Below the pieces are notes generated by a model. It saw only the letters and a list, made by a program, of their open reading frames with translations, was not told the origin of the DNA and ran no database searches. The position numbers were made by a program, and so were the translations under genes. This document shows positions 1-7,812 of a DNA stretch of 64,000 nt, piece by piece. This DNA is from Escherichia phage vB_EcoM_011D4: the sequence record MT478991.1. One strand, given 5' to 3'. The first letter of the stretch is position 1; every line of letters starts with the position of its first letter.

Positions 1-419
1 ACGCAATCCATCAAATCAACAATCTCTGATATCTCATCGGTCATGTCTTCTTCCCCTAAGAGAGCACCATTTACCCATTCGTATTGTTCAGACACATAAT
101 CACAGATTGCATTATATTCTGCTGGGGTTATGTTGTTATGTTTGTAATGTTTGAATACATTATCTCCAAAGTCTTCGGAGTGTACTTCATACATCACATT
201 AATGATTTTCTTGACAAATCCATAATCTTGTGTCTCACGCTCAAGGAAGCGGATAACCTTCACATAATCATCAAAGTTAATCTGATCGCTGATCATCTCA
301 GTGATCATGTAACCATTAATCCCCTCAATGTCATATGTTTCGATGTAATTATCCATACGTTCCATCATTGATTCGCGTGATTCTTCTGAAAGACGAAAAT
401 CCTGTAATTTCTTGAACAT
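1..419 (-). CDS. hypothetical protein, N-terminal part only (gene runs off window start); weak Alt/Mod-like motif
   Basis: ATG at 417-419 preceded by GGAGGCTTA RBS; open frame to position 1; not in ORF track because no stop in window; motif YEWVNGALLG resembles Alt region YINMNNFL. Confidence 0.45.
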   Translation of the reverse strand, partial: MFKKLQDFRLSEESRESMMERMDNYIETYDIEGINGYMITEMISDQINFDDYVKVIRFLERETQDYGFVKKIINVMYEVHSEDFGDNVFKHYKHNNITPAEYNAICDYVSEQYEWVNGALLGEEDMTDEISEIVDLMDC

Positions 420-435
420 TTTAAGCCTCCCATAT

Positions 436-471
436 AACAGAAAACGGGGCTAGTATAAAACTAGTCCCCGT
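436..471 (-). terminator. rho-independent terminator downstream of alt
   Basis: Hairpin ACGGGGACTAGTTTTATACTAGCCCCGT then TTTTCTGTT (minus strand). Confidence 0.6.
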
Positions 472-497
472 TTGAGTCAACCATTATTTCTTAAAAA

Positions 498-2549
498 TTA
501 CATTTTAAATTTATCTGGCATTGCGTCTACAGATACCAGATCAGCGATAAGCTGACGTAGAGTTGCCTTATCTGCTTTCTTACGTTCGGTTTTAGCTTCG
601 CTAATGAAGCTGGAGAAAGACAGGTCAGAAGCAGGTTTAACAACACCTTCACGGATGAATGCATCACCGTCCGCGATCATCTCGCCAGATTCTTGTAATG
701 CTGCCAGTTCATTTTTGTTCATAATATGTGCCTCAATGTAATAAGTTTCTTGTGAATCCGTCGATGCCGTAGCACGAGTTACCGTATCAAAGGATAACAC
801 AACACCGCGAGGAAGTAAAATCTCGCATTCTTTGTAAGCAAATGCTTTGTTACCTACTGGCAAGACAGGGATGTTTTCCGCGCCAGCAATGGAGAAAGCA
901 ACATTAGCGCCACCTTCACCGCGAGAGCCAGCCATAGAATCAACACCAGCAACGGCACTAGCCACGTTTGCATTCCAGCCGCCAAAAATGTTAGGTGCAA
1001 GGGAAGTGCTCACATAGTTTTTAAAGTAAAACGCTTTTTGCTTACGTGCAGTTTCCCACATTTGCGACCGGAAGTCCATACCACGATACAGAATAGTACC
1101 CGGATCAAGTTTAACTCCATAGTTGGAGAAGGCATTATCCAGTGCATCACACATCTTGACCAATTCTTCTGGATCTGCGATGCCTTCAAACTCTTCCAGC
1201 TTACGGTCGGTTAGGAAGTTGTTCATATTGATGTATGCTGCATCGGCATATTCGCTCAACACAAAACCTTCCGCGCCAGGCAGATCAAGATCAATATCTG
1301 CCATCATTTCACCCATGTTGCTAGCAATTGCTTCAAACATACCGGAAGCAACATTACGTAGGGCATCGGTTTTAATCTGGGTGATATGACTACGCAACAT
1401 TTCAGCTTTTACATCTGCTGGCATAGACTGGTCTACTCGATCCATTGCCAGAGCGGTGATCTTGTTTTCGAATACTTCCTCGCTCATGATTTCTTTTAAG
1501 CGTTTGATTGATGCTGCGATAACTTCCGCAGACAACGGATCATATTGATCCTGAACTTTTACCAGTTCGCTTACTGCGTATTTTGCATCGGCTTCGCTTT
1601 CAAAAATAGTACGCATGAAACCATAGCGAGTGATAATATCACTTGTCCAGTCATTCAGAGAACGGGCGGTTGAACGTTCTAAGGCTTGACGATCAATCAG
1701 AGTATTAAACTGTTTCTTAGGTTCGGCTTCGGTGATATCTTCTTCCGGTTTAAGATTAATTTTTTCTGGATGATTCACATAGTCGCTGTTATAGGTCGCT
1801 TGAGTTTTCAGCATTTCTTCTTTAGTCAAACGAGATTTAGCCGCTACGCGTTGTTCCGCTTCCGCGTTTCGTTCTTCTTCTGACACAAGACTAGCCGCAT
1901 ACGCCTCATCTTTAGTCAGAGATTCACCAGTAGCCTTAGATACCCAGCGATCACCTAAATCACTTTCTACTTTAGTGAACAAGGATTCATCAAGTTTAAT
2001 CCCTTTAATCTTATCAATCGCCATACCGCGACGCTTGACAACAACTAAAGCGATCTTTTTGCTGGTCATTACTTCCTGCTGGAATACTTCAAACTTCGGT
2101 GTACGACGCACCAAACGCTCTATAACGCGCTTAACCAGTTCGGTCTTACCTTTCATGCGGGATACGTTAAAACGGAACATAACAGCGTCTAACTGCGCTT
2201 TACGGGCTGTTTCCATAACCACATCAAAAGCACTTGCCATAACTGCAATCGGGTTATCGCCTAGACCATTTTTAAGCTGTACAATACGACCGCTTTTGTT
2301 CATTTCGCACAGTACAACATGTGCGGTCTTGTCACCCATACGAATGATTTTAGGTGTTTTGTTGGTGAAGTTACAAAGACGGACAATCACATCTTTATCG
2401 CGTGTCTGTACTGCAAAAAGCTGTTTAGGATTCTGCTTAGGCTTTAAGCACTGTACCGGGGCAATACTACCAAAGTTTTCTTCCTCTTCCGTCAACAGCC
2501 ATTTCTCGAAAGATTCAATCATTAGATCGTCGATTTCTAAGTTAAACAT
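498..2549 (-). CDS. alt: ADP-ribosyltransferase Alt (packaged head protein)
   Basis: 683 aa; recalled T4 Alt similarity incl. FYFKNYVSTSLAPNIFG vs T4 FYFRNFVSTSLYPNIFG, LYRG and ExE-type motifs; ATG with GAGGATATAAA RBS. Confidence 0.85.
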   Translation of the reverse strand: MFNLEIDDLMIESFEKWLLTEEEENFGSIAPVQCLKPKQNPKQLFAVQTRDKDVIVRLCNFTNKTPKIIRMGDKTAHVVLCEMNKSGRIVQLKNGLGDNPIAVMASAFDVVMETARKAQLDAVMFRFNVSRMKGKTELVKRVIERLVRRTPKFEVFQQEVMTSKKIALVVVKRRGMAIDKIKGIKLDESLFTKVESDLGDRWVSKATGESLTKDEAYAASLVSEEERNAEAEQRVAAKSRLTKEEMLKTQATYNSDYVNHPEKINLKPEEDITEAEPKKQFNTLIDRQALERSTARSLNDWTSDIITRYGFMRTIFESEADAKYAVSELVKVQDQYDPLSAEVIAASIKRLKEIMSEEVFENKITALAMDRVDQSMPADVKAEMLRSHITQIKTDALRNVASGMFEAIASNMGEMMADIDLDLPGAEGFVLSEYADAAYINMNNFLTDRKLEEFEGIADPEELVKMCDALDNAFSNYGVKLDPGTILYRGMDFRSQMWETARKQKAFYFKNYVSTSLAPNIFGGWNANVASAVAGVDSMAGSRGEGGANVAFSIAGAENIPVLPVGNKAFAYKECEILLPRGVVLSFDTVTRATASTDSQETYYIEAHIMNKNELAALQESGEMIADGDAFIREGVVKPASDLSFSSFISEAKTERKKADKATLRQLIADLVSVDAMPDKFKM

Positions 2550-2588
2550 TTTATATCCTCTAGTTGATAACCTATAAACCTATATTTA

Positions 2589-2610
2589 TGAAAACGGGGC
2601 TTAACGCCCC
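2589..2610 (-). terminator. rho-independent terminator
   Basis: GGGGCGTTAAGCCCC then GTTTTC. Confidence 0.55.
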
Positions 2611-2615
2611 ATTTA

Positions 2616-2828
2616 TTATAATGCACCATCGAGCAATTGCTCTAAGGTGTATCCTGAATAGTCTTTTTCAATCAGGATATATTTTCCTACTCGTTTAATA
2701 CAACCACGCATTTCAACGTATTCTGCGTAGTTGATGGTACGAGTTGTTCCATCTTCCAGTAATGCAGTACCGATTTCGTTAATGCGGTCATAAGTTACGT
2801 CGGTAATGATGATTTCGATGTTAGCCAT
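2616..2828 (-). CDS. hypothetical protein (70 aa)
   Basis: ORF with ATG, RBS AAGGAG, upstream promoter cassette. Confidence 0.55.
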   Translation of the reverse strand: MANIEIIITDVTYDRINEIGTALLEDGTTRTINYAEYVEMRGCIKRVGKYILIEKDYSGYTLEQLLDGAL

Positions 2829-2864
2829 TTGATACTCCTTAGTAGTTCGTTTCGGTATGGGTGT

Positions 2865-2893
2865 ATTATGATATACACCCTCTGTTATGTCAA
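2865..2893 (-). promoter_or_regulatory. early promoter cassette (TTGACA-17-CATAAT) with conserved leader
   Basis: Hexamers read on minus strand; leader ACACCCATACCGAAACGA then AAGGAG RBS. Confidence 0.55.
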
Positions 2894-2899
2894 CAACTT

Positions 2900-3079
2900 T
2901 TAGAACATTTTTGAAATTAATTCTGCTTTGATTTCGCAGAGAACATCTAAAGATTTCTCGTCACCTGCTTTTGCGGCTTCTGCTTGCATTTTTGAAATGG
3001 CTTCAATGTCAGTGCAATTATAAGCCGCTTGAACTTTAGCGATTGCGATGATTGCCGATTCGATGGTTAATTGTTTCAT
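2900..3079 (-). CDS. hypothetical small protein (59 aa), below ORF-track cutoff
   Basis: Hand translation MKQLTIESAIIAIAKVQAAYNCTDIEAISKMQAEAAKAGDEKSLDVLCEIKAELISKMF; RBS AGGAGAATCAAAC-ATG; own promoter cassette. Confidence 0.45.
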   Translation of the reverse strand: MKQLTIESAIIAIAKVQAAYNCTDIEAISKMQAEAAKAGDEKSLDVLCEIKAELISKMF

Positions 3080-3111
3080 GTTTGATTCTCCTTTCGTTTC
3101 GGTATGGGTGT

Positions 3112-3140
3112 ATTATAGGGGATCGATGATCCCCTGTCAA
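3112..3140 (-). promoter_or_regulatory. early promoter cassette; palindromic spacer GGGGATCATCGATCCCC
   Basis: TTGACA-17-TATAAT on minus strand. Confidence 0.55.
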
Positions 3141-3148
3141 CAAATTTT

Positions 3149-3667
3149 TTAGTTATTTTTTAATTGCTCATCTTGCAATAGGGCAATCACATGCTGGCGA
3201 TGTTCTTCCGATTGAGGCACACCGAAAAAGTTTGTTTTGTAGAAATACTCTAATCGGTCTTCTCGTGTGCTCTCTTCCATCATGATCGCGGGTAGTCCGA
3301 GATTTCGGAAACGTCGCTTTTCTGCTGGCGTAAAATCACTGTAATACAACATAGAATCATCATTACAAGCAATGCTAAACTCATCCTTCATAAAGGAGAA
3401 TATTGCGTTTAAACGCTGTTTACCGTCCACGATTTCGATCTCATAGCGAGAGCCATCATCAATCTTAGCCATTGCGATAGCACCAACCGGAAAATCATTA
3501 ATCAGGTTTTCGATAAACATACGTTTGTTTTCGGTGTCCCATACTAAAGGACGCTGATAATCTGGGTTCATGTTGATATAGCCATCTTCTAACCATGCAT
3601 CATAAACAGAGATGACAAAGTTTTTAGTATTGGTATAGTAACGGCGTTTAGGCGTTAAACGGTTCAT
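3149..3667 (-). CDS. DUF262 / ParB-Srx-like domain protein
   Basis: Motifs NPDYQRPLVW and IVDGKQRL typical of DUF262 (GmrSD N-terminal / ParB-like); start moved to ATG at 3667 with AGGAGA RBS; coupled to upstream gene (TAAcATG). Confidence 0.55.
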   Translation of the reverse strand: MNRLTPKRRYYTNTKNFVISVYDAWLEDGYINMNPDYQRPLVWDTENKRMFIENLINDFPVGAIAMAKIDDGSRYEIEIVDGKQRLNAIFSFMKDEFSIACNDDSMLYYSDFTPAEKRRFRNLGLPAIMMEESTREDRLEYFYKTNFFGVPQSEEHRQHVIALLQDEQLKNN

Positions 3668-3668
3668 G

Positions 3669-3998
3669 TTATAGTCTCCTGAATGGATCATCACGTAAAT
3701 CAATATCTTTTAAGAACTCATCCCATGAATGGCGGATGTTGTTCTTAATTCTCCAGATAAGAGCAGGGATTGAACGCTCTCCCATCTGGAAGTATGGATC
3801 ATATGATCCGTATGCCCAATATGCTACTACAATTCCACAATCAGCGCAATAGTATTCTATTTCACTTGCTGGCGACCAAAGTCCATCAATATGATCGGTG
3901 ATCTTGCTTTCGATGTTATGGCTATGACAATCAGGGCAACGGATGCAATGACCTTGTTTATCGTAATTTGACGTTAGCGAATACTTAAACAATCTCAT
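3669..3998 (-). CDS. Cys-rich zinc-ribbon protein (109 aa)
   Basis: CxxC...CxxC pattern (CIRCPDC ... CADCG); start overlaps stop of upstream gene (TAATG). Confidence 0.55.
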   Translation of the reverse strand: MRLFKYSLTSNYDKQGHCIRCPDCHSHNIESKITDHIDGLWSPASEIEYYCADCGIVVAYWAYGSYDPYFQMGERSIPALIWRIKNNIRHSWDEFLKDIDLRDDPFRRL

Positions 3999-4714
3999 TA
4001 TAGATCCTTATTTGCTTCAAATACTGCCTTTGCGAATCCTCGCGGGGTAAGTGACCTTATAGTCTTTGTTTTCGTTCCTTTCCCGCCTAGCTTAGAATGC
4101 TGTTTACTGTACCCTTTATTAATCTGCAACGGTTTCTTTTCTGGCATTATAAAGCCTTGTCCGGTCCATAAGCAAGTCTTTTTCGGGTACATATCACGGG
4201 CGGCAATATACTCAGGAAACGTAGGATGCTTATCATCTTCCGGCAAATAACCGCCATATTCCCACGGATGGAACATGTAATCAGGCTTACGCCACATGCT
4301 AGAGATAACGCTTACAGGATTCTCTATCATGTAGGGAACTCCGAGCCATTCACCCAAATAAGCGGTTATTTTAGCTGCCCGTACATCATGAACTTGAATC
4401 AATGGTCCTTGTTCTCGTTTCTTTCGTTCAAAGTGCGCAGCGCCACTAACAGCTAAATTGGTGCACGGTGGGAATGCAAAGATAATATCCGGTTTCCCCC
4501 ATTCAAGGTCCATTGCTCTTTCCAGCCAGTTCAAATCAATCCAGGTGTTTACATAGGTAATGTTTGGATGTTCAAATCTGGTATTATACTTTTTGTATGT
4601 ACCGTGGTCGGCGTCATCCGCATTAAAGCAGACTACCTTATGACCTGCTTTAGCCCATTCTAGCCCCATTATCCCCGATCCGTCAAAGTTGCAGAATATT
4701 AATTTTTGTTTCAT
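3998..4714 (-). CDS. C5-cytosine methyltransferase-like protein (short, no obvious TRD)
   Basis: FxGxG-type motif I (FCNFDGSGIMGLEWAKAGHKVV), PC motif IV (FAFPPCTNLAVSG), ENV-like motif VI (YMIENPVSV); only 238 aa. Confidence 0.5.
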   Translation of the reverse strand: MKQKLIFCNFDGSGIMGLEWAKAGHKVVCFNADDADHGTYKKYNTRFEHPNITYVNTWIDLNWLERAMDLEWGKPDIIFAFPPCTNLAVSGAAHFERKKREQGPLIQVHDVRAAKITAYLGEWLGVPYMIENPVSVISSMWRKPDYMFHPWEYGGYLPEDDKHPTFPEYIAARDMYPKKTCLWTGQGFIMPEKKPLQINKGYSKQHSKLGGKGTKTKTIRSLTPRGFAKAVFEANKDL

Positions 4715-4956
4715 ATACGACCCTTTAACCCAGCACAGATTTTAGTCGGTTCTTTACCGTGCCACATTAAGTAAATTCCGTTAATGCGTCCTTGTTTTGT
4801 ATATGATTCTTTTCTGATCTTCTTATAGTGTCGTGCTTCCTCCGCCGATTGTTTAGAATGTCGGTCATAAAGGAAGAGGAACAAAGGCCAACCATTAGCG
4901 ACCTTAATGCAGTTATTCAAAAATTCCTTATTTCGTTTAATTAATTTTCTTTTCAC
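4711..4956 (-). CDS. hypothetical basic protein (81 aa)
   Basis: GTG start overlapping upstream stop (GTGA); overlaps downstream start by 4 nt. Confidence 0.45.
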   Translation of the reverse strand: MKRKLIKRNKEFLNNCIKVANGWPLFLFLYDRHSKQSAEEARHYKKIRKESYTKQGRINGIYLMWHGKEPTKICAGLKGRI

Positions 4957-5204
4957 GCTGCCCCCATTGGTTTGATAGTAACCGAATCTAAAAGACCTTT
5001 GTTAGCCAGTTCGCGGCAAGTTTTCAGATCCGCAACTTCCCAGCCAGCCGCAATCAGGTTATCAATGAGGCTGTTAGCAACTTCTTCGCTCATGAAAGAG
5101 CACTGTTTGCCGATGGTGTAGCGCACACGCTGTAATTTCAGTTTACGGAAGCCTTTAACGTTCAGGTCTTTAGCGATTTTCTTTGCGGTTTCGATGTTAG
5201 CCAT
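4953..5204 (-). CDS. hypothetical protein (83 aa)
   Basis: ATG with AGGAGAATCAAACA leader; first gene after promoter cassette at 5245-5273. Confidence 0.55.
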   Translation of the reverse strand: MANIETAKKIAKDLNVKGFRKLKLQRVRYTIGKQCSFMSEEVANSLIDNLIAAGWEVADLKTCRELANKGLLDSVTIKPMGAA

Positions 5205-5244
5205 TGTTTGATTCTCCTAAGTGGTATCTCGTCTTGATGGTTGT

Positions 5245-5273
5245 ATTGTAGGGGAGTTATCCTCCCCTGTCAA
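5245..5273 (-). promoter_or_regulatory. early promoter cassette; palindromic spacer GGGGAGGATAACTCCCC
   Basis: TTGACA-17-TACAAT. Confidence 0.5.
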
Positions 5274-5287
5274 CACTTTTTATAAAA

Positions 5288-5455
5288 TTATTTGTTAATT
5301 TCTGGTGCGTTGCTAGGATAGTAACCTTCTTTAACTCCGAGGTATTTCGCAACCATCCCTACAATCTTCTGTGCTACTACAATGTCAAATTTCAGATAAT
5401 CTTCACCGTAGGTTTCAATGATATATGCTTCACATGCTGCTTTAGTCTCGAACAT
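5288..5455 (-). CDS. hypothetical small protein (55 aa), paralog of 8544-8711
   Basis: Hand translation MFETKAACEAYIIETYGEDYLKFDIVVAQKIVGMVAKYLGVKEGYYPSNAPEINK; about 85 percent nt identity with 8544-8711 by eye. Confidence 0.5.
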   Translation of the reverse strand: MFETKAACEAYIIETYGEDYLKFDIVVAQKIVGMVAKYLGVKEGYYPSNAPEINK

Positions 5456-5488
5456 TTTGATTCTCCTATTTCGTTTCGGTATGTGTGC

Positions 5489-5517
5489 ATTATAGGGGAT
5501 CTCCCGATCCCCGTCAA
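5489..5517 (-). promoter_or_regulatory. early promoter cassette; near-palindromic spacer GGGATCGGGAGATCCCC
   Basis: TTGACG-17-TATAAT. Confidence 0.5.
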
Positions 5518-5530
5518 CAACTTTTTTAAA

Positions 5531-5812
5531 TTATTCGTGATTAGTTTCGATGTTGTGCATTTTGCACCAGTTCAGCCAATCGCCAAGATCTTGATAGTTG
5601 ATGCTTTTATCTGCTGCCATCGTTTTTGTCTTGATACCCATATGTGCGTTATGAGTAAGCATTTTTACAGTGAACTCGATTTTATCGCCTTTAGCTTTAA
5701 CATCAACCAGTTTGGTCCACTGGCTACCAGCGCCGCGAATGTTCATACCAACGATGTTTCCGATGTATGCTTCTTTGTTTTTCAGGATTTCGGTTGCTTT
5801 GATGAATTTCAT
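5531..5812 (-). CDS. hypothetical protein (93 aa)
   Basis: ATG, RBS GGAGAATCAAAA, promoter cassette upstream. Confidence 0.55.
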   Translation of the reverse strand: MKFIKATEILKNKEAYIGNIVGMNIRGAGSQWTKLVDVKAKGDKIEFTVKMLTHNAHMGIKTKTMAADKSINYQDLGDWLNWCKMHNIETNHE

Positions 5813-5844
5813 TTTTGATTCTCCAGTTCGTTTCGGTATGGGTG

Positions 5845-5873
5845 TATTATGCTATGTTCTTACTTTGGTGTCA
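5845..5873 (-). promoter_or_regulatory. early promoter cassette
   Basis: TTGACA-17-CATAAT plus conserved leader. Confidence 0.55.
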
Positions 5874-5881
5874 ACAACTTT

Positions 5882-6151
5882 TTAGATATTTTCAGAAATA
5901 AATTTTAAAACTTGACGTAAATGTTTCTCATCTTTGATAGTCGCCGGAAGTTCTTCTTTTACTTCCTGTGCAAGATAGATATTTCCGTTCCAAGTGAAAG
6001 ATCCGTCTTCGTTTACGAGATAGCTGAACATCCACTCGCAATCATTTTCGATTTCATATACACACAGAAGGGTGTAATCGTTAAAGCTATTGATTTCAAG
6101 GTCGAAGCCGTGACGTTTTGCAAAGTTGGTAGTGGTTTTAGTCAGTGCCAT
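5882..6151 (-). CDS. hypothetical protein (89 aa)
   Basis: ATG, RBS AGGAGAATCAAACA, promoter cassette upstream. Confidence 0.55.
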   Translation of the reverse strand: MALTKTTTNFAKRHGFDLEINSFNDYTLLCVYEIENDCEWMFSYLVNEDGSFTWNGNIYLAQEVKEELPATIKDEKHLRQVLKFISENI

Positions 6152-6191
6152 TGTTTGATTCTCCTAAGTGGTATCTCGTTTCGATGGGTGT

Positions 6192-6220
6192 ATTATGCTA
6201 TAGGCGTGTTCTGGTGTCAA
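6192..6220 (-). promoter_or_regulatory. early promoter cassette
   Basis: TTGACA-17-CATAAT plus conserved leader. Confidence 0.55.
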
Positions 6221-6244
6221 TTCTTTTTTTAAAAAATTTTATGC

Positions 6245-6271
6245 AATAAAAAAGCCGACGCTAAGGTCGGC
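6245..6271 (-). terminator. rho-independent terminator
   Basis: GCCGACCTTAGCGTCGGC then TTTTTTATT. Confidence 0.6.
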
Positions 6272-6279
6272 TAATAAAA

Positions 6280-6591
6280 TCATTTAGACAAATAATCATT
6301 CTGTGCAATCCGGTCGGCGTATGCTGGTGTTACGTCAATCGCAATCACTTTAACGCGTGCTTTCTTGCGACCTGGGTTTTCTCGTAACCAGTGCTCATGA
6401 CCGTGCACATTTTTATACTTTGATGCTTCTTCGAAGGTACGGATCGGACCTGGGTAATCAGCGTAAAGGATCTCTAGATCTTCGGTGATGTAAAAATATA
6501 CATCGTAATTGCTGTTCTCTAGCTTAAGCAGAGACTTTCGGAACATTGGGAGATTTTCGCGGGTAAATTCAAAGATATTATCTTTCATAGT
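6280..6591 (-). CDS. hypothetical protein, paralog family A (HxHW...IAIDV motif)
   Basis: Start moved to ATG at 6591 (RBS GAGGATAATACT); track start 6735 would overlap upstream gene and a terminator. Confidence 0.55.
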   Translation of the reverse strand, partial: TMKDNIFEFTRENLPMFRKSLLKLENSNYDVYFYITEDLEILYADYPGPIRTFEEASKYKNVHGHEHWLRENPGRKKARVKVIAIDVTPAYADRIAQNDYLSK

Positions 6592-6610
6592 ATTATCCTC
6601 AATAGTTGGA

Positions 6611-6632
6611 TGAAAAGGGGGCTTAACGCCCC
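6611..6632 (-). terminator. rho-independent terminator
   Basis: GGGGCGTTAAGCCCCC then TTTTCAT. Confidence 0.55.
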
Positions 6633-6637
6633 ATATA

Positions 6638-6925
6638 TTAAAACAGTCCTTCCTGTACACCGTAATAGAGTTCGTCGCTGATAATTTCATTAATGCGACG
6701 GTGTGCATATTCCTGATTTGCGAAGTTGTCAGCAAGTTCTACTTTAGTTTCTCCGTCATGAGTCCATTTAGTGATAACTTTACCATCTGCAAATTTGAAG
6801 TTGAACTCTTTAGCTACCGCATCGCGTACCAGACGTGCAAACTTATTGTTGCGGATTGCATTGTCGGTTTCGTGTGCAGCGTGAGCGAATTTGTTAACTT
6901 TCAGAGTGATAGTAATGTATGCCAT
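6638..6925 (-). CDS. hypothetical protein, paralog family B
   Basis: 95 aa; weak similarity to 9912-10223 (AKEFN region); promoter cassette upstream; terminator downstream. Confidence 0.55.
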   Translation of the reverse strand: MAYITITLKVNKFAHAAHETDNAIRNNKFARLVRDAVAKEFNFKFADGKVITKWTHDGETKVELADNFANQEYAHRRINEIISDELYYGVQEGLF

Positions 6926-6971
6926 AATTTGATTCTCCTAGTTAGAAAGTGTATCTCGTTTCGATGGGTGT

Positions 6972-7000
6972 ATTATGCTATACACCCGACCTCATGTCAA
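6972..7000 (-). promoter_or_regulatory. early promoter cassette
   Basis: TTGACA-17-CATAAT plus conserved leader. Confidence 0.55.
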
Positions 7001-7006
7001 CACTTT

Positions 7007-7285
7007 TTATAAAATAATTTTTTGATATTTTTCTATGATGTTTGTGTAGGTCACATCAACCGCTAGCACCGTTGCTTCGAATCCACCGTCTAGCCAATGG
7101 CTATGATCTCTTTCATCAAAGAAGCCGAGGCCAATACGAAGACCATCCTTAAACTCTGCGCGTACATTTAGATCATCATCGATAAACAGATAAAACCATG
7201 AATTTTTACTAGGATTGATGATACAACCTTTCAGATTAGGGAGAATATCACGACTAAGAATAAACTTATCACCTACTTTGAACAT
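7007..7285 (-). CDS. hypothetical protein, paralog family A
   Basis: Start moved to ATG at 7285 (RBS GAGGAAAATATT); motif HSHWLDGGFEATVLAVDV. Confidence 0.5.
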   Translation of the reverse strand: MFKVGDKFILSRDILPNLKGCIINPSKNSWFYLFIDDDLNVRAEFKDGLRIGLGFFDERDHSHWLDGGFEATVLAVDVTYTNIIEKYQKIIL

Positions 7286-7299
7286 AATATTTTCCTCAC

Positions 7300-7608
7300 T
7301 TATAAAGTTTGACCGTTGTTTTTCGCGTAATGCTGAATGCGTGCTTGATCTGCTTCCGCTGGTGATAGATTCCATGCGATCACTACAACTTCTGACGCAT
7401 CATGATCATTATCACTTACCCAATGATTGTGATTCATACAGTTATTTGCTATCGCGTGAGAAAATGATTTCATCACTGGAGACGTATAATCATAGTAACG
7501 GATTTTCAGATTTTCATCAACGTACAAATAGATCGTATAAGGTTTATATTCAGTAACCAGTAACAGACAGTTACGCAATTCTGGGAAAATCTTTTTAGTT
7601 AATTTCAT
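7300..7608 (-). CDS. hypothetical protein, paralog family A
   Basis: Motif NHNHW...VVVIAWNL; RBS GGAGAACTAGAAT. Confidence 0.5.
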   Translation of the reverse strand: MKLTKKIFPELRNCLLLVTEYKPYTIYLYVDENLKIRYYDYTSPVMKSFSHAIANNCMNHNHWVSDNDHDASEVVVIAWNLSPAEADQARIQHYAKNNGQTL

Positions 7609-7810
7609 ATTCTAGTTCTCCGTAATACACAGTAATCCATTTTTCTTCATACTTTGTATCTTTCCAGCACACAATCCCGTTTACTGTGCAATCTTTGGAA
7701 TTGACGAATGATTCATATTGTTCTGCATCTTCCATCATTGCATGAGCGGTCTTTTCATCGAATATATCGCAGATCGCTTTATATGCTCGATAATCTTTAA
7801 ATTTGCTCAT
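7595..7810 (-). CDS. hypothetical protein, paralog family C
   Basis: MSKFKDYRAYK... similar to product of 7813-8022. Confidence 0.45.
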   Translation of the reverse strand: MSKFKDYRAYKAICDIFDEKTAHAMMEDAEQYESFVNSKDCTVNGIVCWKDTKYEEKWITVYYGELEYEIN

Positions 7811-7812
7811 AA

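Noticed and set aside
84-2577. Plus-strand ORFs 84-371, 1123-1389, 1686-1883, 1975-2577
   Set aside because: Antisense to the alt gene and to the partial upstream gene, which have strong homology or RBS support; no RBS or promoter of their own
2560-2590. Late promoter for alt
   Set aside because: Nearest match is CATAAATAT rather than the TATAAATA consensus; not confident enough to annotate
5483-5885. Plus-strand ORFs 5483-5818 and 5670-5885
   Set aside because: Antisense to minus-strand gene 5531-5812, which has promoter and RBS support
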